63,488 nucleotides of DNA from a virus (taxonomy: Duplodnaviria > Heunggongvirae > Uroviricota > Caudoviricetes). The position numbers and the translations under genes were made by a program. Where the stretch lies: positions 64,001-127,488 of IMG/VR virus record IMGVR_UViG_3300009826_000001. One strand, written 5' to 3'. The notes beneath the pieces are model-generated. The model was given only the letters and a program-made list of their open reading frames with translations, was not told the origin of the DNA and made no database searches. Shown in pieces: positions 36,052 through 45,008 of the stretch. Each line of letters begins with the position of its first letter. Position 1 is the first letter of the stretch.

Positions 36052-36363
36052 TCACTCATTGATCCAGTCCAGAACGATCTTCAACGGGGCTTCGGAGTCG
36101 TCCTCGTCGTAGCCGTGGTCCTCGGGATAGGTTTCGTAGCAGCTCGCTGCCACCTGTTCCAAGGTCATTTCGGGATCGGTGAACAGGCGTTGACCAACCG
36201 CGTTGACCAGCAGGTTGAGCGCATCGCGCGTCCCGGCGTCCGGTAATTCGGCCGCCTCACAGATTGCGTCGGCCGCCCAGTTCAGGGCATCGCTGATCTC
36301 CTTCTGGGTATGGAGTCCAGCGAAGCGGCCACCGCTGCGACCCTGCTCGTTGTACCCGCTCAT
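36052..36363 (-). CDS. Hypothetical protein
   Basis: Acidic, phage-like codon bias. Confidence 0.55.
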   Translation of the reverse strand: MSGYNEQGRSGGRFAGLHTQKEISDALNWAADAICEAAELPDAGTRDALNLLVNAVGQRLFTDPEMTLEQVAASCYETYPEDHGYDEDDSEAPLKIVLDWINE

Positions 36364-36533
36364 GTCACTTCCCTGCCCTCGTTCCAGGCCGCGACCAGTG
36401 CTTGCGCCCAGCCACGGTCCATGCACTGTGCGACCACATCGCCGTCGACGGTGTAGACCGTGGCGAGTTCGGATTTGAGGTCCGTCGCATACCTCAAGAC
36501 ACTGCGAACCTCGGCCGGCTGCCAGCCACTCAC
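36360..36533 (-). CDS. Small hypothetical protein
   Basis: GTGA/ATGA overlap-coupled; translated by eye. Confidence 0.4.
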   Translation of the reverse strand: MSGWQPAEVRSVLRYATDLKSELATVYTVDGDVVAQCMDRGWAQALVAAWNEGREVT

Positions 36534-36865
36534 CAGATACCCCTAACTTCGTCGCGGTAGGTCGACATGGCGCGAAACTCCGCGTCATGCCAGTCCAGTC
36601 CAGCGGCATCACACAGGTGCCGCAGGTCGCACAGGAGATCACACATCGCCGTTTCGATGTCTTCTCCTGCTTCGGTCATGTTCGTGCGCTCAGCGAACGC
36701 TGACAGTGCGGTAGCTGCCCAGCTCGCGCGGGCGCTGTTGTCGGCTACCTCGTCGCCATCAGGTGACAGCTTGCGTGTCGCCAACTTGCCCGAGAAGCCA
36801 TAGAAGCGCAGATCGGCAAGGCTTCCCAGGTTCGGCAGTACCGCCTTGTATTCCGGTTCGGTCAC
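36530..36865 (-). CDS. Conserved hypothetical phage protein
   Basis: NSARASWAATAL...DLLCDLRHLC motif. Confidence 0.65.
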   Translation of the reverse strand: MTEPEYKAVLPNLGSLADLRFYGFSGKLATRKLSPDGDEVADNSARASWAATALSAFAERTNMTEAGEDIETAMCDLLCDLRHLCDAAGLDWHDAEFRAMSTYRDEVRGIW

Positions 36866-37092
36866 AATTCCTCCTCGTCAAAATCGTCGAAGAACCTGCC
36901 GTCGTTGCCGAGTGCCAAGAGCTCAGCGACGACACGTTCGGGTGGTACCGCGGTGGTTTCCGACCCCGTTTCGAAGCCGCACGCATCACCGTCGTAGGAC
37001 TCCGCGAGCGCGTGCTGGATGTTGTGTAACGGCGCATCGCTGCGGTGCAGCACTGTGAACGTGAACGTGGTCTTGCTGATGTCTGGGGTCAT
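36862..37092 (-). CDS. Hypothetical protein
   Basis: SD GAAAGGGA; overlap. Confidence 0.55.
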   Translation of the reverse strand: MTPDISKTTFTFTVLHRSDAPLHNIQHALAESYDGDACGFETGSETTAVPPERVVAELLALGNDGRFFDDFDEEEL

Positions 37093-37283
37093 GATTCCCT
37101 TTCTCGCTTGGTGTTGATGAGTTCATGCAACTGGCGTTCGGTGGTCCTGAGTTTGTCGTTGAGCAGCCCGATGCCCCTGAGGTCTGGCCGCTGCACGAAC
37201 GCGCGTTCCAGTGCTTGGCGCGCACCGCGCAGACATTCCGACGCCATGCCCAGCTCACTGTCCGTGTCACTCATGGCACCCAC
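37089..37283 (-). CDS. Small coiled-coil protein
   Basis: Overlap-coupled. Confidence 0.45.
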   Translation of the reverse strand: MGAMSDTDSELGMASECLRGARQALERAFVQRPDLRGIGLLNDKLRTTERQLHELINTKRERES

Positions 37284-37549
37284 TCCACGGTCGCGTCTGC
37301 GCTGTGTTCGTCCTGCGGCACCAGGTCGGGCTGGCGCAGATCACCCCAATGGATGAACCGCAGTGGGCATGTTTCGGCCCACACGTCGGGCAGCTCGGAC
37401 GGATGCCGGAAATCCGACTCTGACCAGCCCAGCTCATCGACAAAGCGCCGCCGCGCCTCCTCGTTGTCGATGATGTAGACCTTGTGGCATCCGTCGTAGA
37501 CGAACACCATCCCCTCGGCCGGCACCGGCTTGCCGTTGATCCTCAACAT
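37271..37549 (-). CDS. Hypothetical phage protein
   Basis: FVYDGCHKVYII...W..TCPLRFI..GDL. Confidence 0.65.
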   Translation of the reverse strand: MLRINGKPVPAEGMVFVYDGCHKVYIIDNEEARRRFVDELGWSESDFRHPSELPDVWAETCPLRFIHWGDLRQPDLVPQDEHSADATVEWVP

Positions 37550-37550
37550 T

Positions 37551-37802
37551 TCAAAATCCCCATTTCTCGTAGACGGGTTTCATCTGGTCATAGATATCCG
37601 CGATGGTGTCCTTGAGGAACTCAGGCGCCGCCTCCACGTCCTCGCGTCTGCTCTCCTCGAACTCATCCATGTCGTAGCCGGCACCGGGATCGAAGCTCCA
37701 GTAATGAAAATCGGTGTCGGCCGCGAGCGGCTTGCCATCGACGTAGACCTCGACGTCGCAACTGCTGTCGGGGTCGCGCTGGTGGATGATGTCAATTCGC
37801 AC
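37551..37802 (-). CDS. Acidic hypothetical protein
   Basis: SD GGAGGAA before GTG. Confidence 0.55.
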   Translation of the reverse strand: MRIDIIHQRDPDSSCDVEVYVDGKPLAADTDFHYWSFDPGAGYDMDEFEESRREDVEAAPEFLKDTIADIYDQMKPVYEKWGF

Positions 37803-38094
37803 GCTGGTTCCTCCCTCGCTGGTAGTAGTTGTGGATACTGATGCCGAACGCCGCCCGGAAATGGGTGGCGCACAGTCCGCGCAGCTGCGCCTGTAGGTTG
37901 CACTCACGGCAGCGAGCGTGAGTCCTGTGACGGTCACGCTGGCGGCGTGCGGCCGCCTGCCTGCAGGCCCGGCACGGCTGCTCGCCACGCCGCTGATGGG
38001 CCCGGTAGTTGGCCTCGGTCCCACACGCCGCCCAATCGAGCGGCGTGGCAGGGAATCGCCCGTGCTTGGCGCCATACAAAATGGGCGGACTCAT
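37792..38094 (-). CDS. Zn-finger protein
   Basis: CGTEANYRAHQRRGEQPCRACR (common actinophage motif); CxxC...LCxxH. Confidence 0.6.
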   Translation of the reverse strand: MSPPILYGAKHGRFPATPLDWAACGTEANYRAHQRRGEQPCRACRQAAARRQRDRHRTHARCRECNLQAQLRGLCATHFRAAFGISIHNYYQRGRNQRAN

Positions 38095-38327
38095 GACGCA
38101 CCCAGCTCACGACGCACATGCGCGTGCAGCGCGTCGACGTAGGTCAGAATGTCCTCGGCATCGCCTTCGAGGATCATTCCGTCGCCATTGTCGGTGAACA
38201 GTCCCAGCACAAACGGCGACTCGAACGGGACTTCGAGCCCCAGGGCCCATTGCTCGTCGGCTTTGCCGGCCGGCAGTAATCCATAGCCCGCTCCGTTGAC
38301 GCCACCGTATTCGATGTGGGTACTCAT
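38091..38327 (-). CDS. Hypothetical protein
   Basis: ATGA overlaps. Confidence 0.5.
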   Translation of the reverse strand: MSTHIEYGGVNGAGYGLLPAGKADEQWALGLEVPFESPFVLGLFTDNGDGMILEGDAEDILTYVDALHAHVRRELGAS

Positions 38328-38728
38328 GACGCCACCGGGCTGCGCAGCTCGTCCTGCACCCAGGCGACGGCTGCGGCCATCTCGGTCAGCACCGGGCTCT
38401 CCGCGGTGACAATGGCGACACCCTTTCCCATAATCGGGTCCTTGGTCGGGTCGACCATGTACATGATCGCGTGGGCGTAGTTCTCCCAGACCTCGAAGCC
38501 GACGCCCCATTGCGTGCCCGCGTACTTGCTGGTGGCGGGAATCTCGAATGTGAGCCTGCTTGCACCGCCCCGTTCCCAGGCGTCGGGCAGGAAACCGCCC
38601 TTGGTCAGCCAGTCATCTAGTGCGCCGACTAGGTCGGCTAACGTCTGGCCATCTGCAAGATCGAACGTTTCCGTGTCAGCACGAGCGAACAGCTCACGGA
38701 TGCTGTCCAGTGTTGCGTTCGGGTCCAT
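38324..38728 (-). CDS. Hypothetical phage protein
   Basis: MDPNATL...LDDWLTKGGFLPDAW motif; SD AAGGAG. Confidence 0.7.
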   Translation of the reverse strand: MDPNATLDSIRELFARADTETFDLADGQTLADLVGALDDWLTKGGFLPDAWERGGASRLTFEIPATSKYAGTQWGVGFEVWENYAHAIMYMVDPTKDPIMGKGVAIVTAESPVLTEMAAAVAWVQDELRSPVAS

Positions 38729-38802
38729 CAGTTCTCCTTCGGTGTGTGTGTGGGGATGAAATTGGTCTGGGGGGTACCCGAATTTCGGGACACCCACCGT
38801 GG

Positions 38803-39144
38803 TTAACCTCGTGGGTGCCAGCTGGCGCCCCCGTCGTGGGAGTGAACTCCCTTCTGGACGGCCTTCTGGCTGATCTTGCGACCGGCCCGCTGCTCGGCCT
38901 CGATGACCCGCTGCATGGTTCCTTCCGAACCGCGGTTCATGAGCATCTGGTAGATGCACACGTCCGTCATGCCGGCGCGCAGCTGCTCGTCGAGCCCCGT
39001 GAATGTCACGGCACCCTGTGGGCCCACCTTGATGCCCACCTTGCGTTTGGCGACCAGTTTGTCGATGTCGGTGACCGCCTTTTTGACCTCGGCCCGTCGC
39101 TGCGCCTGCGTCTGGTTGCGCCTGGGCCGCGAATAGCACGGCAT
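38803..39144 (-). CDS. Small basic protein of the AAA ATPase module
   Basis: KVGPQGAVTF...TDVCIY...GVHSHDGGASWH; SD GAAGGGA. Confidence 0.7.
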   Translation of the reverse strand: MPCYSRPRRNQTQAQRRAEVKKAVTDIDKLVAKRKVGIKVGPQGAVTFTGLDEQLRAGMTDVCIYQMLMNRGSEGTMQRVIEAEQRAGRKISQKAVQKGVHSHDGGASWHPRG

Positions 39145-39146
39145 GG

Positions 39147-39368
39147 TTATTTCCCTTCCTCGTCGTCGTCCTGGCTGAACCAGCCGGGATCTTTGGGCAA
39201 GTCGCCGCCCATTTTGCGGATCTCGTCCTCGGCTAACTGGACGAATTCGTACAGCACGTCGTGTTCCGCGTCGTTGGAGCCACCCTCGCTCATGGCGTCA
39301 TAGGCGCGAGCCAAGAGATCCTGTACATAGCGCAGATGCGTGCCCTTCTCGGCCAGCTCGTGTGCCAT
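39147..39368 (-). CDS. Small acidic protein
   Basis: TGATG overlap with the upstream gene. Confidence 0.55.
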   Translation of the reverse strand: MAHELAEKGTHLRYVQDLLARAYDAMSEGGSNDAEHDVLYEFVQLAEDEIRKMGGDLPKDPGWFSQDDDEEGK

Positions 39369-40108
39369 CAGATCACCAGCTCCAGTGAGCGGCCGGCGCC
39401 CGACACCGGCTCGGCGATCTCGTCGGCGGAGTCGAGGTCCAGGAACGCCGTGCGCGACTCGGCGATGAGCCGGATGGTGGATCGCTCCATCTCCCCGACG
39501 ATCGCGTCGCCGCGCTTCTTGATCCGCGTGGCCGCCCCGCGCGCCGCTTTGATGACTTCCTCCAGCTCGGCCTTGGCCTCGCCGTCGAGCATCTGGCCGA
39601 CGTTCTGCGCCTCGTTGGCGATCTGGCGCACCCGCTTGACGTCGAGCTTCTCCAGGCCGATCTCCATCTGGCGCATGAACTCGCCGACCTTGTTGAAGAT
39701 CGTCTTGGCCGCCTCGACGTCGTCCTGCTGGACCTCGCCACAGATCAGATTGAGCTGGATGTGGTTGTAGATCGCCATCGAGTTGAAGTCGTTGACCAAC
39801 TGCCGCGCGTCGGCAATGCCCTTCTCCAATTCGTCTCTGCGGTCGAGTGGGCAGATATACCACCCCTTCGATTTCGAGCACGGTCGCAGGATCAGCGTGC
39901 GCGCCCTGTTGCGGATCTTCTCGGCCGATCGCTGCTCGTCGGGGTCGGCGACGCGCTTGCGCACGTTCATCTCGGACTCGACCGAACCGTCGTCCTGCTC
40001 GGTCGGGTACTCGATCACCTCCCTGGTATAGCTCGTGTTGCCGCGGTTCGATGTGCCCAGCGACACGAGGATTCCGGGCTTGACCCGGGCGACGAAAGTG
40101 GTGCTCAT
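39368..40108 (-). CDS. Coiled-coil partner of the AAA ATPase with RTAFLDLD...GRSLEL tail
   Basis: 246 aa, helical C-terminal half; SD AGGAG. Confidence 0.7.
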   Translation of the reverse strand: MSTTFVARVKPGILVSLGTSNRGNTSYTREVIEYPTEQDDGSVESEMNVRKRVADPDEQRSAEKIRNRARTLILRPCSKSKGWYICPLDRRDELEKGIADARQLVNDFNSMAIYNHIQLNLICGEVQQDDVEAAKTIFNKVGEFMRQMEIGLEKLDVKRVRQIANEAQNVGQMLDGEAKAELEEVIKAARGAATRIKKRGDAIVGEMERSTIRLIAESRTAFLDLDSADEIAEPVSGAGRSLELVI

Positions 40109-40163
40109 TTCTTTCTCCTGTTCATTTCCGTGGGGTTTGTGCGATACCCGGATTCGGGTGTCG

Positions 40164-41849
40164 TCACAGGTCGAGCTGACGGCTCTGTGAGGCGACCGAC
40201 CGTGTCATGGTCAAGACCTGCTCAGTTCTGGTGGCCGGCTTGGCACGCCCGGCCCATTCCTCGCGCAGATCCCTGATCTCCTTGTCCTTGGTCTTGGCCA
40301 GCGGCACCACGTCGCGCGCCGCCATCAACAGATCCTTTGTGGTGATCTCGCGCTGGCCGTCCGCGAACGCGGTGTACATGCCGTCACGCACCAGTGCGGC
40401 GATCTCTGCGCCGGTGAACGTGTTGGTGGCCGAGGCGATCTCGTCCAGGTCCATGTCGGCCATCGCGTCGGCATCGCGCTTGCGCTCCCGCAACGCCGCC
40501 CGTGCCACGGCCACCCGCTCGGTCTCGTTGGGCAGATCGACCCAGAAGATTTCGTCGAAGCGGCCCTTACGCATGAACTCCGGCGGGAGCGCCGAGGCGT
40601 CGTTGGCCGTGGCCATGACGAACGCCTGTCCGTTGCGTTCCTGCATCCACGTCAGGACCGCACCCAGCATGTCCGCAGACACGCCGCCGTCAGCACTCCC
40701 TGACGTGGCGCCCTGCAGCGCCTTCTCGATCTCGTCCCACCAGACGATGCACCGGCCCAGCGCCTCGATCACGCTGAACGCCTTGCGCAAGTTCTGCTCG
40801 GAGTCGCCGACGAACTTGCTCTTGAGCGCACCCAGGTCGAGCCGGATGACCGGCACGCCCCACTCGATGCCGGTGCATTTGACGATGAGCGACTTCCCGC
40901 AGCCCGAGATGCCGATCAACAGGATGCCCAGCGGGGTGGGCAGGTTGTACTCGCGCGCCGCGTCGCTCCAGGCCATCTCGAGGCGTTTGAGGAACAGTTT
41001 GGTGTTCTCATGGCCGCCGACGCACTCGAAGCCACCGGGGCCCTCGATCCATTCCAGTGCCGGATTGCTGGCGATCACCTGCTTTTTCTCCTGGGCGACC
41101 ATCGCCGGGTCGATCACCTGCTTGAGCACCAACGAGGTCGCAAAACACGACGCGGCCTCGTTCTCGGTGAGCCCGATCGAGGCGTCGATCGCCGCTGTGC
41201 GCGCCTCGCCGCTGATGGATGCCCGAATCGCTGCCTTCATGTCCGCGGTGATCCTCGCTTCACCCGTTTCCGGGTCGACCGCTTCGCTGTTGAGCAGCGG
41301 CTCGCAGGCGTCATCGAGGATCTTGCCCATCTCGAATCGGTCGGGCATCGGCCAGTCGACGACCTGGGCGTCACTGGCGATCTCCGGCGGGATGTCGGGA
41401 TTGGCGGTGACGATGATGATGGTCTGGGCTCGGTCGCTGGGCAGCTTGGGCAGGTCGTTGATCAGGTTCCGCAAGGCACGCTGGTTGATCCAGAACGGCT
41501 CCTTGAGGTAGGGGATCAGGTCGAACATCACCCATACACAGCGGCTGCGGTTCTCGCGGATCACAGTGAACGCCTCGCGCACGTCTTCGACACCGCGATC
41601 ACCCATCAGCTGCCTGCCGGCCAAGTCGGTGAAACCGCGGGCGACGTCGTAGTAACGGGTTTCGTACTGCGGCCGGATGGATGCGGCCATCTCGAACAGA
41701 TACCGGCCGGCGCGAGCTTCTTGGGCGGTACGGACGATGATGAGGCCGGTGCGTGCTCGGACCTTTGCCTGGACCATCGTTGCGGCGACTTTCGAGGCGA
41801 ATTGGGGCGCCTCGGGCTTCGCACTCTTGCGGGGGGACTTAACGGACAT
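40164..41849 (-). CDS. AAA+ ATPase (Ycf46/Vps4-like; degenerate N-terminal plus active C-terminal AAA domain)
   Basis: Walker A GISGCGKS, Walker B VWWDEIEK, ATAN sensor, PPEFMRKGRFDE arginine finger; C-terminus SRQLDL. Confidence 0.9.
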   Translation of the reverse strand: MSVKSPRKSAKPEAPQFASKVAATMVQAKVRARTGLIIVRTAQEARAGRYLFEMAASIRPQYETRYYDVARGFTDLAGRQLMGDRGVEDVREAFTVIRENRSRCVWVMFDLIPYLKEPFWINQRALRNLINDLPKLPSDRAQTIIIVTANPDIPPEIASDAQVVDWPMPDRFEMGKILDDACEPLLNSEAVDPETGEARITADMKAAIRASISGEARTAAIDASIGLTENEAASCFATSLVLKQVIDPAMVAQEKKQVIASNPALEWIEGPGGFECVGGHENTKLFLKRLEMAWSDAAREYNLPTPLGILLIGISGCGKSLIVKCTGIEWGVPVIRLDLGALKSKFVGDSEQNLRKAFSVIEALGRCIVWWDEIEKALQGATSGSADGGVSADMLGAVLTWMQERNGQAFVMATANDASALPPEFMRKGRFDEIFWVDLPNETERVAVARAALRERKRDADAMADMDLDEIASATNTFTGAEIAALVRDGMYTAFADGQREITTKDLLMAARDVVPLAKTKDKEIRDLREEWAGRAKPATRTEQVLTMTRSVASQSRQLDL

Positions 41850-41932
41850 ACTCTCTCCTATTTGTTGGATGGATTACCCGAATTCGGGTTTTCCGGTGGG
41901 GATTCAAAGGTATATTTCAACCTTCACTACTA

Positions 41933-41961
41933 ATTATACGCCATTTTGACGCTTATGTCAA
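41933..41961 (-). promoter_or_regulatory. SigA-type promoter, copy 2
   Basis: TTGACA-N17-TATAAT plus leader hairpin 41906-41925. Confidence 0.9.
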
Positions 41962-42086
41962 GTGTTTTGAAGTAAAATTCCTGGCGTGGGAATGATGGAG
42001 GTTTGCGCCGGTACTTACGTCAGCCAACAGCGTATCGGCGCGCCTGAGACCGGCTCGGCGCCTAACTCCATCACTCGCCACGGACC

Positions 42087-42458
42087 CTAGCACCGTGCCA
42101 CGTCAGCCTCGCAGCAATTGGATACCAGCTTGCGTTCGACGTCGCCGTCGCAGCAATTGGACACCCACTCCAGGCGCACGTCGTTGCCGGGGATGCCCCA
42201 ATACTCATAAGGCCCGATACCGAAATCGCGCTGGACCTCACGGCACTCCTTCTCGCAGGATTTGCACCTGAGCACCCAGACGCCTTCGTCGTCGCACCGA
42301 CCGCAGGTTTTGCACTTGAGCACAGGGGCAGTATCGCCGGGTCCTCCGACATGCGGCACGATGTCATCCCAGTTGCAGGCTTGGCACCACCAACCGTTGA
42401 TGACGAACGCGCAGGTTGCGCCGCAACGCGGACACAGCATCTCGTCGCTTTTGCTCAT
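42087..42458 (-). CDS. Cys-rich protein with duplicated VSNCC tail
   Basis: Four CxxC; near-identical 17-nt repeat at 42110 and 42149. Confidence 0.55.
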   Translation of the reverse strand: MSKSDEMLCPRCGATCAFVINGWWCQACNWDDIVPHVGGPGDTAPVLKCKTCGRCDDEGVWVLRCKSCEKECREVQRDFGIGPYEYWGIPGNDVRLEWVSNCCDGDVERKLVSNCCEADVARC

Positions 42459-42754
42459 CGCCACACCGGCTCCCGATGCCACCAGTAGTCGGCGTCCCAG
42501 TCCCAGGACCAGGCCGCCGCCGCCTGCCGTGCCGCGCGCTCGTCGGCGACTTGGGCGATCATCTTGTCCAGGTCACCGATCGGGTCTTTGAGCCGCTTGA
42601 TGTCGCACTCGACGTCGTAGATGGCGTAGTTGAGCCGGTTGAACGTCACTGCGTAGAGATGGTCCATCCGCATGGCCGCGCAGTGCTGTTCCAGCGTGGA
42701 GCTGCCCGCGCCGTTGGGGTTCATCAGGTTGATGATGCGTTCGTAGTCGCTCAC
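42455..42754 (-). CDS. Hypothetical protein
   Basis: SD GAGGAGG. Confidence 0.55.
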   Translation of the reverse strand: MSDYERIINLMNPNGAGSSTLEQHCAAMRMDHLYAVTFNRLNYAIYDVECDIKRLKDPIGDLDKMIAQVADERAARQAAAAWSWDWDADYWWHREPVWR

Positions 42755-42993
42755 GAATCCTCCTCGGTGATTTGATAGTCGCGATTGTGTTCGCCCTTGG
42801 CGACGTGGGCGTCCATGTCAGCAGTGCTGCCCTCAAACGAGCAACCCGTTTCCGGGCAGCCGCAGTAGTCGCCGTAGTCGCCGTCCTCGTCGCGGTCGAA
42901 CGGATCGGTGGTCAGCCACCGATCCAGCGCGTTGTCCAGGTGCCGATCGCCGAAGCTCATGCCGGTACGTCCTATTCTTCTGACGTGGGCCAT
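42751..42993 (-). CDS. Small acidic Zn-finger-like protein
   Basis: CPETGCSF...H...H; start may be 42961. Confidence 0.5.
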   Translation of the reverse strand: MAHVRRIGRTGMSFGDRHLDNALDRWLTTDPFDRDEDGDYGDYCGCPETGCSFEGSTADMDAHVAKGEHNRDYQITEEDS

Positions 42994-43063
42994 TGGGATG
43001 GGGCCACAGGCAGGATGATTCGGTGGCCTTCCACCACGATCCTGCCGACCATGCCCATCTCGC

Positions 43064-43282
43064 TCATCGCTCCTCCTCCCATAGGCTCAGTGTGTCGCGC
43101 AGCGTGACGCCACGGCGCACCAGCTCGGCCTGGATCAAGTCCAGGTCGGCGCTGTCCTCGTCGCTGTCCACCGGCATCGTCCAGTAGTGGTGGACCAGAT
43201 CCTTGGTCGGGACTCGGGCCGGACCGGCGAATGGGTTGTCGCCGGTGTCGACCAGGGCTTCCAGAACTTCGTTGAGCGTCAT
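43064..43282 (-). CDS. Small hypothetical protein
   Basis: ATGA overlap. Confidence 0.5.
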   Translation of the reverse strand: MTLNEVLEALVDTGDNPFAGPARVPTKDLVHHYWTMPVDSDEDSADLDLIQAELVRRGVTLRDTLSLWEEER

Positions 43283-43719
43283 GAGCTGGAGCTCCCATCC
43301 GGTGCCACGCCGACCCAGATCGTCTTCGGATCGGCGCCGACGTAGCCCTCGACGTAGCCCGGCAAGAAGGTCGCGTCCGGCGCGTGCAGCACGTAGTCGT
43401 CTTCCCGGAACGCCATGTTGTAGCCCGCGCACAGCTCCCATAGCCGATCGCGTTGCGCAAGCGTCATGCGCTGCCGACCATCCGCGCGCTTGCCGGCCAC
43501 ATCGCGGCCCGGCAACGGGTGCTGATCGAAGTTGACCGTCAGGCACTCGCCGTCGATGAGTAGGCCAGCCGCCGTTTCCGTTGCCTCGTCGCCGTAGATG
43601 CCAGCCTGGTTGTAGTTCGCGAACAGGCATTTGATGGCATCGTCGCGGGTCGCGTGCACCGTCGTGGCGGCCTCACACGGGTTGTCCGCGTCGATGGTCA
43701 TTGTCCAGATGGTTTCCAT
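43279..43719 (-). CDS. Hypothetical protein
   Basis: SD AGGAAGGAA. Confidence 0.6.
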   Translation of the reverse strand: METIWTMTIDADNPCEAATTVHATRDDAIKCLFANYNQAGIYGDEATETAAGLLIDGECLTVNFDQHPLPGRDVAGKRADGRQRMTLAQRDRLWELCAGYNMAFREDDYVLHAPDATFLPGYVEGYVGADPKTIWVGVAPDGSSSS

Positions 43720-43731
43720 GTCAGTTCCTTC

Positions 43732-43986
43732 CTAGATTCCCTTGGTGAAGTAGCGGATGCCGGCCATGTAGAGAGCTTCGCTGAGCTCGCTGTTGAGCTG
43801 GAGCTCTTTGATGGCGAGCTCGAAGACTCCGCCCTCGTCATAGAGCACCGTGGACGTCCGCACGTCCAGGTGCGCCCGGTTGAGCAGGTCATCGTTGATG
43901 AACGCGACCATCAGGCCGCGGTTGACCTCCCGGCGCATTACGCTGCGCAGCTCGTCGGGCAGCTCGGTGATGGTTTTGTCGGACAT
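43732..43986 (-). CDS. Hypothetical protein
   Basis: SD AGGAG. Confidence 0.6.
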   Translation of the reverse strand: MSDKTITELPDELRSVMRREVNRGLMVAFINDDLLNRAHLDVRTSTVLYDEGGVFELAIKELQLNSELSEALYMAGIRYFTKGI

Positions 43987-44023
43987 GTTGTTCTCCTGTT
44001 CTGTGTAAATGCCCGGATCTGGG

Positions 44024-44488
44024 TTAGCGGGGTACTACTTCGACTTCGGGTATGCCGATTTCCTCCTTCCACAAGTTGATGATCGGCGGGTTGTCGTCGA
44101 TGGCGGCGACGAACTGGTAGTTGCGCACCAGGTAGCGGTACATGCGCCGCTTGATCGCCACGTCGGAGATGCGCTCGCCCGGCTCGCGCACCATGATCGG
44201 ACCGTCGAACGGCGTGACCATGTGCCGGTCGAGCCACAGCCGGCTGACTTCCTCGTGCTGCTGGGCCCGCGCCGTGGCCACGACGATGACGTGGCCCAGC
44301 TCGTGATGACGCACGCAGAAGTCCAGCGCCTGCTGGTTGGCAGGGCAGGACAACGACTCGCGGTGAAAGCTATCGAAATCTTTCTCCGCGCTCGGCCGCT
44401 CGACGTAGTGCAGGATCGAGCGCACGTCGACCAGCGTGCCGTCCATGTCGACCAGGACGGCCTTGGGTCTGATATGTCGGTTCATCAT
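44024..44488 (-). CDS. HAD-superfamily phosphatase (T4 PNK 3'-phosphatase-like)
   Basis: VLVDMDGTL (DxDxT), VATAR, K, AAIDDNP. Confidence 0.85.
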   Translation of the reverse strand: MMNRHIRPKAVLVDMDGTLVDVRSILHYVERPSAEKDFDSFHRESLSCPANQQALDFCVRHHELGHVIVVATARAQQHEEVSRLWLDRHMVTPFDGPIMVREPGERISDVAIKRRMYRYLVRNYQFVAAIDDNPPIINLWKEEIGIPEVEVVPR

Positions 44489-44619
44489 CAGACCTCCGCC
44501 CGTTCCAGCCCGTAGCACTCCTGCGGCTCAGGCAAATGAATGCTGGCCTCTCGCTCGGTGGCGGCTTCGATGGTTTGGCCCGTGGGTTCGCCGAACTCGT
44601 CGACTACGTTCCAGATCAT
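44488..44619 (-). CDS. Small acidic protein
   Basis: SD AGGAG; TGATG overlap. Confidence 0.45.
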   Translation of the reverse strand: MIWNVVDEFGEPTGQTIEAATEREASIHLPEPQECYGLERAEV

Positions 44620-44642
44620 TGCTTGCTCCTGTCTCGTTGTTC

Positions 44643-45008
44643 TCATCTTCCGAATGGTCCTGACAGATACTGCGGGCAAAAGTGAAACTCGGCGTGCAAG
44701 ACCGAATCAATGGCGATGTCGCTGGGCGATACGCCGTAGGCGCCCAGCTCAGCCCTGCTGGCAGCGCGCAGCGCCTTGGCGACCAGCTGGCTTTCGCTAT
44801 ACCCCTGCGCACGCTGGCTGCACAGGCTCAGTCCCATCTGGTAGACGTCGCTGTACTCGCTGTACGGCCACCCATCCCGCGCCAGCTCCGACATATATGC
44901 CCAGCCATTGCGGTCACCCGCATACCCGTAGGTGCTCGCGTCGGCGTTTGCCACCGGGCTGGCGACCAGCGCCGCGGTCAATACCGCGGCCGCGATCCTG
45001 ACGGCCAT
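44643..45008 (-). CDS. DUF732-like exported protein
   Basis: Signal peptide ending ANA-D; YMSELARDG...GLSLC...HFCPQY. Confidence 0.65.
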   Translation of the reverse strand: MAVRIAAAVLTAALVASPVANADASTYGYAGDRNGWAYMSELARDGWPYSEYSDVYQMGLSLCSQRAQGYSESQLVAKALRAASRAELGAYGVSPSDIAIDSVLHAEFHFCPQYLSGPFGR

